Assembly (NCBI RefSeq): GCF_036588685.1
Contig: NC_086380.1
Coordinates: 20,832,001 to 20,896,000, forward strand
Direction: 5' to 3'
Source: Mytilus trossulus
Lineage: Eukaryota
DNA length: 64,000 nt
Below are positions 57,301-64,000 of this stretch, piece by piece. The translations under genes and the position numbers were made by a program. How positions within the stretch are numbered: position 1 is the first letter of the stretch; every line of letters starts with the position of its first letter. Under the pieces are notes generated by a model. It made no database searches and was not told where the DNA came from. It saw only the letters and a program-made list of their open reading frames with translations.

Positions 57301-60300
57301 CCCAACATCACAGATTCCACAAAATGTCACCTGACCTCAGCTTGTACTGCAGTAGAATGTTGTACTGAAATTGACTTCCTCTCAAGGTCATTCAGGACGT
57401 ACCTACATATTGACCCCTGTAAACAAATGTTGTATCTTGGAATTGAACGTTTCAATAGAAATGTTTCATTGATCCATTACATGGAAGGTAGGTACCACAT
57501 TTTTATTCGATAAAATTAAATGAGTGCTGTTTTACAGTTGGATAGTTTGCTGAATAAAATGAGGGAAATAGTCTCCAGATTTACAAACCTTTTTTTTTTT
57601 GCAATTTTTTTCAAATTTGAATTGTTTAATTCATATAAAATTTATATTCAATAGAAATGATAATGAAAATCATAAAATAGAGAAGATTTCTGTTACATTA
57701 ATATTTGTTGTTAACTTTATCACATGTTATATCATTGCTAATACTAACAAACTTTGAATCAAACATCTTAGCTGTAACTTACATAAGTTTATTCAGTGTC
57801 AGTCTGGTAAGCTTAATTGAAATAAAATATTAGTAAATCTTTGCCATTTGTTTGTTTTAGGAACCAAGAAACAGTTTGCACTTGTTGGATCAGTCATGAT
57901 TGAGTGAGTGTTGGGTTAAATTATTGTTATCTTTTTTTATTTTATTACTTTTTCCACTATTTCAGTTCAAGCATGTTTTATTGTGTGTCTGTAAATATTT
58001 GTCTCCATATTATGTCAATTTTGTTATGAAGATTAAATTTTGCATCTTCAATGAGGGATGCATGTTGTCAGGTTTCTAATCCTAGATTCATTTTATAGAA
58101 AAAATAGAAGATGACCTTTAGATGTCATCAATGTAACCTTGGCATACAAATACTTAATCTAGATCTTAAGCATAAGTTCTTGACATCTAATTTTCTATTT
58201 TCTAGTTATATGATTGAAGATATACCAGGAGAGAGTATGTACTTGGTCAGTATGAATATATCGTACTGTTACGAGGATGGACAGCCGTGTTATATGGTCA
58301 CTACAGTGTTTGACAATACCAGATTACCTAAAGATATTTGTGAATGGAAAACTGACTACCATATTCCAAGTAAGATTTCAGACTTTTAGAGGATCAAAAT
58401 ATTTAAATTGAAAAAGTTAATAAAACGTCCACATGCCAAATCATGTCAAACAAATTAAAGCTTTTAATGGTCCTAGGAAATGTGTGGTAAATTATTCACT
58501 TAGAATATATTGTTTTATTCATATAATCATTGTAAAACTAAACCTTTGACAAGCTAATAGCTAATTTTTTTTAACAATGTACCATATGATTTATGTATTT
58601 GTATGTTATGAGATAAAAGCTCTATAAAGGGCCTGTAATTGGAAATGAAATATTCTTATTCTGTTATTCTAATTGTTATGATTTATCTACAGATTTCTCA
58701 TTGGAGACATGGCAAGGAGATCAAGGATTGACGATCGGTGACCCATTACCATTGTGGGCAGAATATTTGTTGTATGAACAGACTGGATTATCTCCTTATT
58801 TACAAGACAGTCAATCTCAGTGTAGTAGAAGCAGTGCCAAGTTTAACTCATCTATTGCTGGTGGATGGATTGATGGTAAGTGTTTATAGTCCAATCAGCA
58901 GACATGTTATAAGTAAAACAAATGTTTAGTCCAATCAGAAGATGTGTTATTAAGTTTGAATTAATATGATGTTGACCATTTCTGTTATTGCACCAAGATA
59001 ATAATGATTTCAGATTTTACAATCCATACTTGTAATTCAACAATGAGAAAAATAGAAACAAAACTACTGATTTTATATATTATTGTTTTTAATTAGATAT
59101 CCAACAAGTTCATCTCATATATTATGTTCAATATATGAAAAAGAAGTATTTATATCATTCAGAATGCAGCCTGAAAACCACGGTACAGGATCTTCCTAGC
59201 AGCTACACGGATATAACATGTCATGTGACACCAAGCTGTACGAAAATCGAGTGTTGTGTTGACTCCACCAAGTTACATAGACCTTTCCACGTGGTTGTCA
59301 ACTTAGATCCCTGTGATTTTGTTATCAGTGTTGGAATTGAAAACTTCCAGTACACACTGGCTATGGGAGACTATACTTTTGGTAGGTTATTGATGTTATA
59401 AAAATAGAGCATATGCCAATACACATGATTAACAGTACCTGGGGATGTTAATCATGTGTATTGGCATATGCTCTATTTTATTACTTTCACATTTATCTCC
59501 GCTGATACACCCTATTAATATAGCTTCTTTTTATGAAAGCTCCATTTGGAGCTAATGTCAAGTAGTGTAATGTGTTTAGAGACCTCTTATGTCAGTACAT
59601 CTTTTCTATATTGCCTAGATTATTTATGTTAATTTACTTTTTATAGTTTAACCCTGAAAATACGAGAAATATTCCCACTACACTTACATATTGCAATTAT
59701 AAATCATTCCTAAGAAATAATTATAGAATGTATATTGGTAGTAATATGGTAAAGAAATTAGACAAATATTATAAATCATGAACATTCATTTTGTTGCTTT
59801 GTCTAGTGCAGTAAACAAACTTATTTTTGTGACATTTGAGATACCAGTGTCTTATTTTAATATCTATTTTAGGTGAACAGAGGAACTTCTCCTTAGGAGG
59901 AATAGTCAAAACACAGTAAGTCATATGAAAAAAAAATCATTGAATCTAAAACTGGTTGTGGTCCAGAATTGATGTTTCAGGGATCCAAAGAAAATTTCAT
60001 GGTTTTGGGTTCAAATGTTGAGTTCTAATGTATGTGACTGCAAATATTTGTTAAGGATGTTTAAGAAATTTATCTTGCCAAAAAATGAATAAATAAAATT
60101 GATTGTTGGAACATTTTATTGCACAGACATGAAATGCATTACATTGGGAACTTTTGAAAGACAAAGGACCTTTAATATTTTAAAAGAAAGAAATGATGAG
60201 GATTGTTTCTACAGAAATTATTTGTATTTCTGTCGATTTAATAGTTATATACATTTTTCTCCTTATTTTATTTTATTGAATTGTATTTTGTGTTTTATAG

Positions 60301-63300
60301 ATTTGCTGTGTATCATATTGAGTCAGAACATGCTTACCTGATAGATATGAACATTTCTGTCTGTACTGAGAGTTCCCAGGCTTGTGAGCAAGATTATGTC
60401 ATAGCACAAAATGTCCTTCTTCCCAAAAAACAATGTACATGGGACGCAGGATTCGTTCATCAGAGTAAGTTCATTATTATATTTTTACATAAAATTCTAA
60501 CTTATGTTATAGTGAATACACTAATAAATACCACACAAAATAGGTAAATTTAAACGTATTTCAAGAGAATTGATCTTATATTCTTGCTCATTATTTTTAC
60601 TGTAATAATGGCTAAAACCTTTCAAAGACCTCTTAAGGTGATACTCAACACCTGAACTAAAATTAATTTGGCTCCTTTAATTTTCTAAAAATTTTGACAA
60701 AGTATTTGACCCTTTGACAAAAATATAAAAAATTCAAATAATTTGAACCATAAGTTTAATCAGAAAAATTAAACTGGTGATGTTACAGAGTTACCTCCCT
60801 GTAGTGTTAGGTACCACCTTAAATGGTAAGTTCATGGTTATCCATAAAATGCACATATACAAACACAAAATATGGTAATGCAATTTGAAAGAATGTCATT
60901 ATAGTATATTTATCTTTTTTCAGACTTTTCTTTAGCCCATTTTAAGACTGATAATCAAATCTCTGGAAACTTGGAAAGCAATGATGCGTCTCGGTTTTTG
61001 GATGAAGCCTTTGTATCGTATTACCTGCTAGCTACACCATGTGATCGAAGCGATGATAACTTGTATTTTTCGCCCACCAATGGATGGACTACAGGTTAGT
61101 GAACAGAGTAATAGGGGTCGTAGAATATACAGTTGACAGCCTATCTGTTTGGGGGGAGGGGTTGTTAGATATACAGTTGACAGCTTATCTGTTAGGGGAG
61201 GGGGTTAGGATATACAGATGACAGCTTATCTGGTTGTTAGGATATACAGTTGACAGTTTATCTGTTAGGGGAGGGGGTTAGGATATACAGTTGAAAGCCT
61301 ACATGATACACTCATAAGTTGAATTTTTCGACTACTGTATATTCAGAAATAATTGTGCGCATTTATTGTTTCAAATTAGAAAAATGGTAGACTAATTATT
61401 GCGATTTCAAGTAAATCTGTATACTGATATATGTATCAGATTTCAGAATGTGAGTTCTTATTATTGTGATACTGTAAACCAACTTATTTTCGCTTGCGAT
61501 TTATTTTCGTGACTTTCACAAGTAGAAAAATAACGCGAATATAAATCGTCGCAAATATGTTAAACTTGGAGCTTTCAATATTAAGCTACGGCATTTAAAT
61601 GAAAAAATCGCGAAGTTGACTAGTAAGGGTAAAAGGCGAAATAAAAGTATCCGCGAATATAAGTTGGTTTACAGTACTCACCCAGTGACATTATTGGCAA
61701 TAATCTTTTGGGGGTAATTTTGCGTTAAAACATGGACTTAGCAATATTTATACAGTTGTAAGATTATATATAAATTATGAAATCAGCATACTATATATAA
61801 TTTATTTTTTCAGCTTGTTCTGATGTGCCTACAAGTAGCTTGCCAGCACTTGCCAATACAGTTTCATGTAGCGTTGATAATAACTGTGAAAAGTTTACAT
61901 GTTGTTTTGAGGAAACAGAAGTAGGTCGAAGTATCCAGACCAGTGTTCATATAGATTCATGTAAAGGAGAGCTGATTGTTACTCTCGAGAGAATGACTCG
62001 AACCATTTCTTTGATTGGCTATGTTTGGGGTAATTATTTATATATGTTTTTAGCAAGCCTTCAAAATTTGAAAAAATGTCATAGTAAATTTCAGGACAGA
62101 AAATAAAAAAAGATTTCAAATTTTATTTTAATTTTTAAAAAAAATGTATAAATAAATTTTCAATTTTCATGATATAATTGATACAAGTTCTCCCACAGTC
62201 TAGAAACAATGCATAAAATAATGAAGAAGTTATTACATTTTTACCTGTATTAAATGTACAATTTTAAACTACTGATGAAAATAAGATTAACAAAAATTGC
62301 TTGTACATGAATGAATGTGCAATTCCACTTCTATAAATGATATTAACAATACCTTGATATTTTAGGAACGGAGGAACTGTACAAATTAAATGGAGTGTAT
62401 GGCCTTAGGTAATTTAAAACATTAAATTATAGCAGTGACGATTAAAATCTAAAAAAACAATACAACCAATGGTTTACATATTTGTCTGCACATTGCAAAA
62501 ATTATCATATCACTTTATTACCACTGGTTTCGTGTATTAAACTAAAGAGATGTCGTATGATTGCCAGTGAAACAACTATTCACCAAATTGCAAATTAAGT
62601 TGATGAAGTCAATTAGAGGCAGCCTTTAATAATGAGAAAAACCCATAACATATGGTCAGCCATTAATGGCCCCGATATGAAAATATGAAACCATTCCAAT
62701 AAGAAAACCAACAACCTAATTTGTGACAAAAAACAAATATGAAAAGTTATAATTACATAGTGCATAATTGTAAGAGTTTATGTATAAAACATGACATTGT
62801 ATTGTAGGTTTACAGTGAACAACCTGATAACAAGAAATAAGTATTTAGTGAGCATGGACTTGATGGCTTGTTATGAGGCCAACGGTGCATGTGCTTTACA
62901 AGAAACAATCCTCACAAACTTTGAACTTGTAAAGCAAGAGTGTGATAGGGCAACAGGTTTTATTAATCCCCAGTGTGAGTATTAATTTATTTACCTTTCA
63001 TTAAGCTTTTTTCTTTCTTTACTTTTAAAAAAGAATGATTTTTAGAGTAAACATTTTACAAAGTTGTTTCTTCATGTCCACTTTATAATACAAGAAATGT
63101 TAACTGATTCTCAAAATGATGTGGGTTTCATTTGTTAAAAAGTGTTCAAAACATTACTTTTCAACAGCAAAATATTTCACTTACACCTTACCACAAAGTA
63201 ATAGCATAGAATATCTGCTTACAGTTTCCTATAGTACCTGGGTGTCATCAGTTGGTCTTCCAGCCGATACTTCACCATTACCAGAATGGGCCATATTACA

Positions 63301-63941
63301 GCTGACCGATGACCTTGAGGTCAATAATTACTTCAGTCTTGACCACAAGTGTTACAATGTTATGGATCCATTTATGACAGGAAATTGGACAAATGCAACA
63401 ACTGGCTTCAATAACGGTATGTATTATGTTAGAAAACTTTTAGTGTTATTTTGATTTTTTGAACACTTATATAGAAGATAAGTACAATGTAAAATATATA
63501 GATTCCATCACTGCAACAAGTGTATTTTCCCACTCTATACAGTTAAATCGAAATATTTAATGTGTGAGGCTTGCTGAGCTTTTTAAATAATTGTTCCTCT
63601 AATAATAATTATAATAAGATTTTATAAACGTATATATTGCAAACTGTAAACATATACAAATTTATTTTTTTTGCTTTTTCAGATTGCAGTTTATCAATTT
63701 CACACAATAATTTTACCGAAGCTGATACCATCGTGTGTAGTATCCCCACAGACTGTAATGGGGTACGATGCTGTGTTGATGTGCCTCAGCTTGATACATC
63801 ACTGGAATATAAAATGATTCTGGACACTTGTGGTAATAGACTACGACTTAAAGTGGACAAACTGGAAACAGACATATCATTACATGATTATGAATTTGGA
63901 TCCAATTCCAAATTTTCTATATACAGCTTAGCTGAAATAAA
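134..63941 (+). CDS. Internal part (95 exons, ~5,384 codons) of a giant multi-exon gene encoding a probably secreted protein made of ~27 tandem ~200-aa 10-Cys modules; 5' and 3' ends lie outside the window
   Basis: All exons are bounded by AG/GT. Phases are consistent throughout (D 1-1, A 1-1, B 1-2, C 2-1) and exon lengths fit them (D and A are 0 mod 3, B and AB are 1, C is 2). Motifs recur in every module: CC, LDPC, IGIE, YxWG, DL..E..YLV.M..S.C, LPK..CDW, FSL..W, NGW. N-x-S/T sequons are frequent. Confidence 0.92.
310..460. repeat. 30-bp intronic minisatellite, ~5 copies
   Basis: Unit ctattattagacataattttccatagaaca; source of the repetitive ORFs 102..605, 283..516 and 323..595. Confidence 0.9.
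797..3400 (+). CDS. Module 1: exons D 797-970, A 1882-2097, B 2644-2686, C 3243-3400
   Basis: GT-AG boundaries; [45 protein letters not shown]. Confidence 0.9.
1080..1292 (+). mobile_element. Decayed reverse-transcriptase fragment, Penelope-like retroelement
   Basis: From 1120 it translates [25 protein letters not shown]-(1-nt deletion)[17 protein letters not shown], matching the PLE RT motif QQxxGIPMGTNCAPLLADLFLYSYE. Confidence 0.75.
3355..3613 (+). repeat. 52-bp tandem repeat (5 copies) spanning the 3' end of exon C1 and its donor
   Basis: Unit accaaacttcctaaact..atgtgattggaca..aacaaaccttggtgagt at 3355, 3407, 3459, 3511, 3563. Confidence 0.92.
3777..5308 (+). CDS. Module 2: exons D 3777-3944, fused AB 4288-4552, C 5145-5308
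   Basis: GT-AG boundaries; module motifs; no intron between A and B. Confidence 0.9.
4681..5068. mobile_element. Interspersed element bounded by ~35-bp direct repeats
   Basis: gcatctggtgt(a/t)agaaaattggtaccgttaatt at ~4683 and ~5033; class uncertain. Confidence 0.5.
5278..5441 (+). repeat. ~63-bp tandem repeat spanning the 3' end of exon C2 and its donor
   Basis: tgtaatctagactaaaatctctttagctggtaagtaaa present 3 times; third donor mutated to gaaagt. Confidence 0.88.
5460..5592 (+). mobile_element. Dispersed repeat family 1 (other copies ~1300-1520, 10155-10350 minus, 19780-19858 minus, 53667-53770, 54655-54706 minus, 62548-62740)
   Basis: Shared core gtggtatgagtgccaatgagacaactctccatccaag...gtaaaccattataggt in both orientations. 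Confidence 0.75.
5872..10843 (+). CDS. Module 3: exons D 5872-6045, A 7084-7299, B 7859-7901, and exon 10503-10843 (C fused to D of module 4)
   Basis: GT-AG boundaries; [18 protein letters not shown]; DLQAEKK; ORF 10507-10908 runs C into D without an intron. Confidence 0.9.
5982..6292 (+). repeat. 81-bp tandem repeat (4 copies) spanning the 3' end of exon D3 and its donor
   Basis: Unit gaagaacc.tcctgtagcaggagta..ccccttactctccttcaacagacggatggaataaaggttagtacttttagaca. Confidence 0.93.
6825..7021. repeat. GC-richer insertion with internal gaaatccc/gcttaaaaac subrepeats (probable non-autonomous transposon)
   Basis: Repeated cccgaaatcc and gcttaaaaacac motifs; G-rich start and C-rich end. Confidence 0.5.
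7340..7413 (+). mobile_element. 5'-truncated retroposon (SINE/LINE 3' end) with (AATC)n tail and 13-bp target-site duplication
   Basis: gctaatgcggcgtaaagcagccaacaatcaatcaatcaatcaa flanked by ttgatagtggtaa at 7327-7339 and 7414-7426; a similar tail occurs at ~38858-38880. Confidence 0.75.
7921..8483. mobile_element. Non-autonomous TIR element in a TTAA site (Kolobok-type MITE)
   Basis: TTAA|ggaggctcgcgggtataa ... ttagacccgcgagccccc|TTAA. Confidence 0.8.
8529..9842 (+). mobile_element. Non-autonomous Helentron/HINE (DINE-1-like) element
   Basis: TT-flanked; 5' subTIR agctcacctg with nearby IR caagtgagct; (cgt/gtc)n microsatellite; internal repeats (agatagagataaactgt..cagcaaagtaagatt at ~8667, ~9493, ~9683); 3' aggtgagc plus hairpin aggctct-tt-agagcct. 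Confidence 0.8.
9065..9412 (-). mobile_element. tRNA-derived SINE nested in the HINE element
   Basis: Minus strand begins gagccgtggtgtagtggtaag (A box) ... cttcgattccc (B-box-like); central gcacgttaaaga motif; 13-bp TSD tcgttattgggtt at 9052-9064 and 9413-9425. Confidence 0.85.
11062..11938. mobile_element. Non-autonomous hAT-type transposon
   Basis: TIR cagggtttcc/ggaaaccctg; perfect 8-bp TSD actaagac (11054-11061, 11939-11946); subterminal tggcgaa repeats. Confidence 0.88.
12147..13413 (+). CDS. Module 4: exons A 12147-12371, B 12912-12954, C 13253-13413 (divergent; four Cys lost)
   Basis: ECLGG...RCTYIDFC...[14 protein letters not shown]...YNWG; LPIPACDYD. Confidence 0.85.
12424..12642 (+). 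mobile_element. Short HINE/Helentron-like element
   Basis: ttatacccc start, tctg microsatellite, ggggtat end followed by hairpin gtgag..ctcac. Confidence 0.55.
12740..12848. repeat. 31-bp minisatellite, ~3.5 copies
   Basis: Unit tcattgtgtagttttatgttgtatgacaatg. Confidence 0.9.
15076..17186 (+). CDS. Module 5: exons D 15076-15324, A 16079-16291, B 16647-16689, C 17023-17186
   Basis: GT-AG boundaries; module motifs; elongated D exon. Confidence 0.87.
15460..15592 (+). mobile_element. Dispersed repeat family 2 (other copies ~12683-12735, 22795-22930 minus, 23650-23740 minus, 28880-29030, 43025-43180); here nested in a tactgtggattca MITE
   Basis: Shared core aaaattgagaatggaaatggggaatgtgtcaaagagacaacaaccc. 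Confidence 0.75.
17522..19110 (+). CDS. Module 6: exons D 17522-17692, A 17978-18187, B 18410-18452, C 18947-19110
   Basis: GT-AG boundaries; [21 protein letters not shown]. Confidence 0.88.
18588..18799. mobile_element. TA-flanked MITE (Tc1/mariner-type); degenerate copies ~1616-1830, 15361-15700, 30900-31093
   Basis: TIR tactgtggattcatt / aatgaatccacagta. Confidence 0.8.
19583..20828 (+). CDS. Module 7: exons D 19583-19756, AB 20034-20286, C 20650-20828
   Basis: GT-AG boundaries; [20 protein letters not shown]. Confidence 0.88.
21216..22510 (+). CDS. Module 8: exons D 21216-21398, AB 21694-21949, C 22347-22510
   Basis: GT-AG boundaries; module motifs. Confidence 0.9.
23003..24675 (+). 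CDS. Module 9: exons D 23003-23179, AB 24024-24276, C 24512-24675
   Basis: GT-AG boundaries; [23 protein letters not shown]. Confidence 0.88.
25337..26990 (+). CDS. Module 10: exons D 25337-25522, AB 26231-26483, C 26827-26990
   Basis: GT-AG boundaries; module motifs. Confidence 0.9.
27232..28829 (+). CDS. Module 11: exons D 27232-27411, AB 27966-28224, C 28666-28829
   Basis: GT-AG boundaries (AB donor gttatt is weak but positionally conserved); D lacks Cys and CC is CA. Confidence 0.86.
29377..30870 (+). CDS. Module 12: exons D 29377-29544, AB 29853-30108, C 30707-30870
   Basis: GT-AG boundaries; module motifs. Confidence 0.9.
30541..30652 (+). pseudogene. Degenerate duplicate of the acceptor and 5' part of exon C12
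   Basis: ttag|tttcgtgttagataatct...atgaatatatcagtatgtctagcatcaggaggggcgtgtgaagtgttaac parallels the exon from 30707; in-frame TGA after FVLDNLTI. Confidence 0.8.
31288..32751 (+). CDS. Module 13: exons D 31288-31464, AB 31814-32066, C 32588-32751
   Basis: GT-AG boundaries; [19 protein letters not shown]. Confidence 0.9.
33064..34840 (+). CDS. Module 14: exons D 33064-33237, AB 33933-34185, C 34671-34840
   Basis: GT-AG boundaries; module motifs. Confidence 0.9.
35182..38082 (+). CDS. Module 15: exons D 35182-35358, AB 35863-36118, C 37922-38082
   Basis: GT-AG boundaries; module motifs. Confidence 0.88.
36168..37685. mobile_element. Non-autonomous TIR element (outer) with a nested insertion
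   Basis: TIR ccaaaggagtaggtccggtaag / cttactggacctactcctttgg. Confidence 0.8.
36742..37656. mobile_element. Nested CA...TG TIR element with 6-bp TSD
   Basis: cagacatgtga ... tcacatgtatg flanked by aagagg (36736-36741, 37657-37662). Confidence 0.7.
38095..38304. mobile_element. ~210-bp TA-flanked MITE (Tc1/mariner-type)
   Basis: TIR tactgtaaattcagaaattattgcg / cgcaataatttctgaatttacagta. Confidence 0.85.
38911..39388 (+). repeat. 122-bp tandem repeat (4 copies) spanning the acceptor and 5' part of exon D16
   Basis: atttcag|a(c/t)ttttca(c/t)tggaacagtggag with exon-like starts at 38919, 39041, 39163, 39285. Confidence 0.93.
39285..40964 (+). CDS. Module 16: exons D 39285-39458, A 39790-39999, B 40465-40507, C 40801-40964
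   Basis: GT-AG boundaries; only the last of four duplicated acceptors gives an open D exon. Confidence 0.85.
41430..41630. mobile_element. Interspersed repeat fragment
   Basis: ctgcttacccttccggagcacctgagatcacccccagtttttggtggggttcgtgttg, recalled as a common bivalve repeat (not verified); degenerate reverse copy near 15760-15850. Confidence 0.55.
41833..43393 (+). CDS. Module 17: exons D 41833-41994, AB 42239-42497, C 43224-43393
   Basis: GT-AG boundaries; module motifs. Confidence 0.88.
42688..42897. mobile_element. MITE, same family as 38095-38304
   Basis: TIR tactgtaaattcagaaattattgc / gcaataatttctgaatttacagta. Confidence 0.85.
43775..45752 (+). CDS. Module 18: exons D 43775-43948, A 44235-44444, B 45090-45132, C 45589-45752
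   Basis: GT-AG boundaries; module motifs. Confidence 0.88.
44070..44202 (+). pseudogene. Partial duplicate (151-bp period) of the acceptor and 5' part of exon A18
   Basis: acag|actgtacattgat at 44084 vs 44235; [20 protein letters not shown] vs DGDIVCLIG; read-through hits a stop. Confidence 0.85.
44688..44895. mobile_element. MITE, same family as 38095-38304 (degenerate copies ~50713-50886, 61333-61470)
   Basis: TIR tactgtaaattca / tgaatttacagta. Confidence 0.85.
45775..46045. mobile_element. TTAA-type (Kolobok-like) MITE; inverted copy at 60637-60818
   Basis: ggtggtacctaacac ... gtgttgggtaccacc|ttaa. Confidence 0.78.
46409..48427 (+). CDS. Module 19: exons D 46409-46570, A 47185-47397, B 47928-47970, C 48261-48427
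   Basis: GT-AG boundaries; D lacks Cys and CC is CS. Confidence 0.88.
46481..46871 (+). repeat. 130-bp tandem repeat (3 copies) spanning the 3' end of exon D19 and its donor
   Basis: atgacc.tgaagaagtc...tggaataatg|gtaagtccc at 46481, 46611, 46741. Confidence 0.93.
48509..48893. repeat. AT-rich ~75-80-bp tandem repeat, ~5 copies
   Basis: Unit gcaataagttttaagttgttttttatttaatttacaatgtacaactaatttttacaaggtaattt. Confidence 0.85.
49081..50708 (+). CDS. Module 20: exons D 49081-49254, A 49662-49874, B 50141-50183, C 50545-50708
   Basis: GT-AG boundaries; module motifs. Confidence 0.9.
51137..52511 (+). CDS. Module 21: exons D 51137-51292, A 51562-51771, B 52025-52067, C 52348-52511
   Basis: GT-AG boundaries; module motifs. 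Confidence 0.9.
52881..54541 (+). CDS. Module 22: exons D 52881-53054, A 53320-53529, B 53865-53907, C 54378-54541
   Basis: GT-AG boundaries; C exon lacks both central Cys. Confidence 0.88.
54498..54611 (+). repeat. 63-bp-period duplication of the 3' end of exon C22 and its donor
   Basis: atctaaggagcaatgtgattggagctcaga.ttccata...gttagta at 54498 and 54561. Confidence 0.88.
55018..56556 (+). CDS. Module 23: exons D 55018-55185, A 55506-55715, B 56105-56147, C 56384-56556
   Basis: GT-AG boundaries; module motifs. Confidence 0.9.
56975..58369 (+). CDS. Module 24: exons D 56975-57142, A 57278-57487, B 57861-57903, C 58206-58369
   Basis: GT-AG boundaries; module motifs. Confidence 0.9.
58693..60464 (+). 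CDS. Module 25: exons D 58693-58875, A 59163-59381, B 59873-59915, C 60301-60464
   Basis: GT-AG boundaries; module motifs. Confidence 0.9.
59401..59479. repeat. Perfect 34-bp inverted repeat with an 11-nt loop
   Basis: aaaatagagcatatgccaatacacatgattaaca-gtacctgggga-tgttaatcatgtgtattggcatatgctctatttt. Confidence 0.93.
60637..60818. mobile_element. TTAA-flanked MITE, same family as 45775-46045
   Basis: TTAA|ggtgatactcaacacc ... gtgttaggtaccacc|TTAA. Confidence 0.78.
60924..62974 (+). CDS. Module 26: exons D 60924-61094, A 61814-62029, B 62366-62408, C 62808-62974
   Basis: GT-AG boundaries; module motifs. Confidence 0.9.
61124..61300. repeat. ~42-bp G-rich minisatellite, ~4.5 copies
   Basis: Unit gatatacagttgacagcttatctgttaggggagggggttag. 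Confidence 0.85.
61470..61676. mobile_element. TA-flanked MITE
   Basis: TIR tactgtaaaccaactta / taagttggtttacagta. Confidence 0.82.
63225..63941 (+). CDS. Module 27 (partial): exons D 63225-63416, AB 63683-63941
   Basis: GT-AG boundaries; CNGVRCC, LDTC, YEFG; continues beyond the window. Confidence 0.88.
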
Positions 63942-64000
63942 GTAAGTAAACTACAGAAGAGGGGCATTATATTTTCATGTCCTTCCATCCATTAAATGTC

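Noticed and set aside
134-63941. Dscam-like mutually exclusive exon clusters, or a tandem array of separate small genes
   Set aside because: Exon types cycle strictly D-A-B-C rather than clustering by type. I saw no start or signal-peptide exons, terminal stop codons or intergenic gaps between modules.

Overview
Eukaryotic, AT-rich genomic DNA. The interspersed repeats suggest a bivalve mollusc, probably Mytilus-like (inference from memory of repeat families, not verified). The whole 64 kb lies inside one giant + strand gene with no start or stop codon in the window. I hand-assembled 95 GT-AG exons (134-63941; 16,152 nt, about 5,384 codons) with consistent intron phases. They encode about 27 tandem copies of one ~200-aa, 10-cysteine, N-glycosylation-rich module that I cannot assign to a named domain family. 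Each module is built from four exon types: D (FSL..W...C...NGW), A (C..C..C..CC..LDPC..GIE..YxWG), a 43-nt microexon B, and C (F.I.DL..YLVxMxxSxC..C..LPK..CDW). Paired cysteine losses among the copies point to three of five disulfides and to D-A-B-C as the domain unit. The A/B intron is present or absent in blocks along the array. At least nine exons carry young tandem duplications that span a splice site, and one set could yield an in-frame cassette exon. Introns hold many non-autonomous transposons (Helentron/HINE-like, hAT-, Kolobok- and Tc1/mariner-type MITEs, tRNA-SINEs, a decayed Penelope-like RT) and a perfect 34-bp hairpin. Most of the listed short ORFs are exon fragments or noise.
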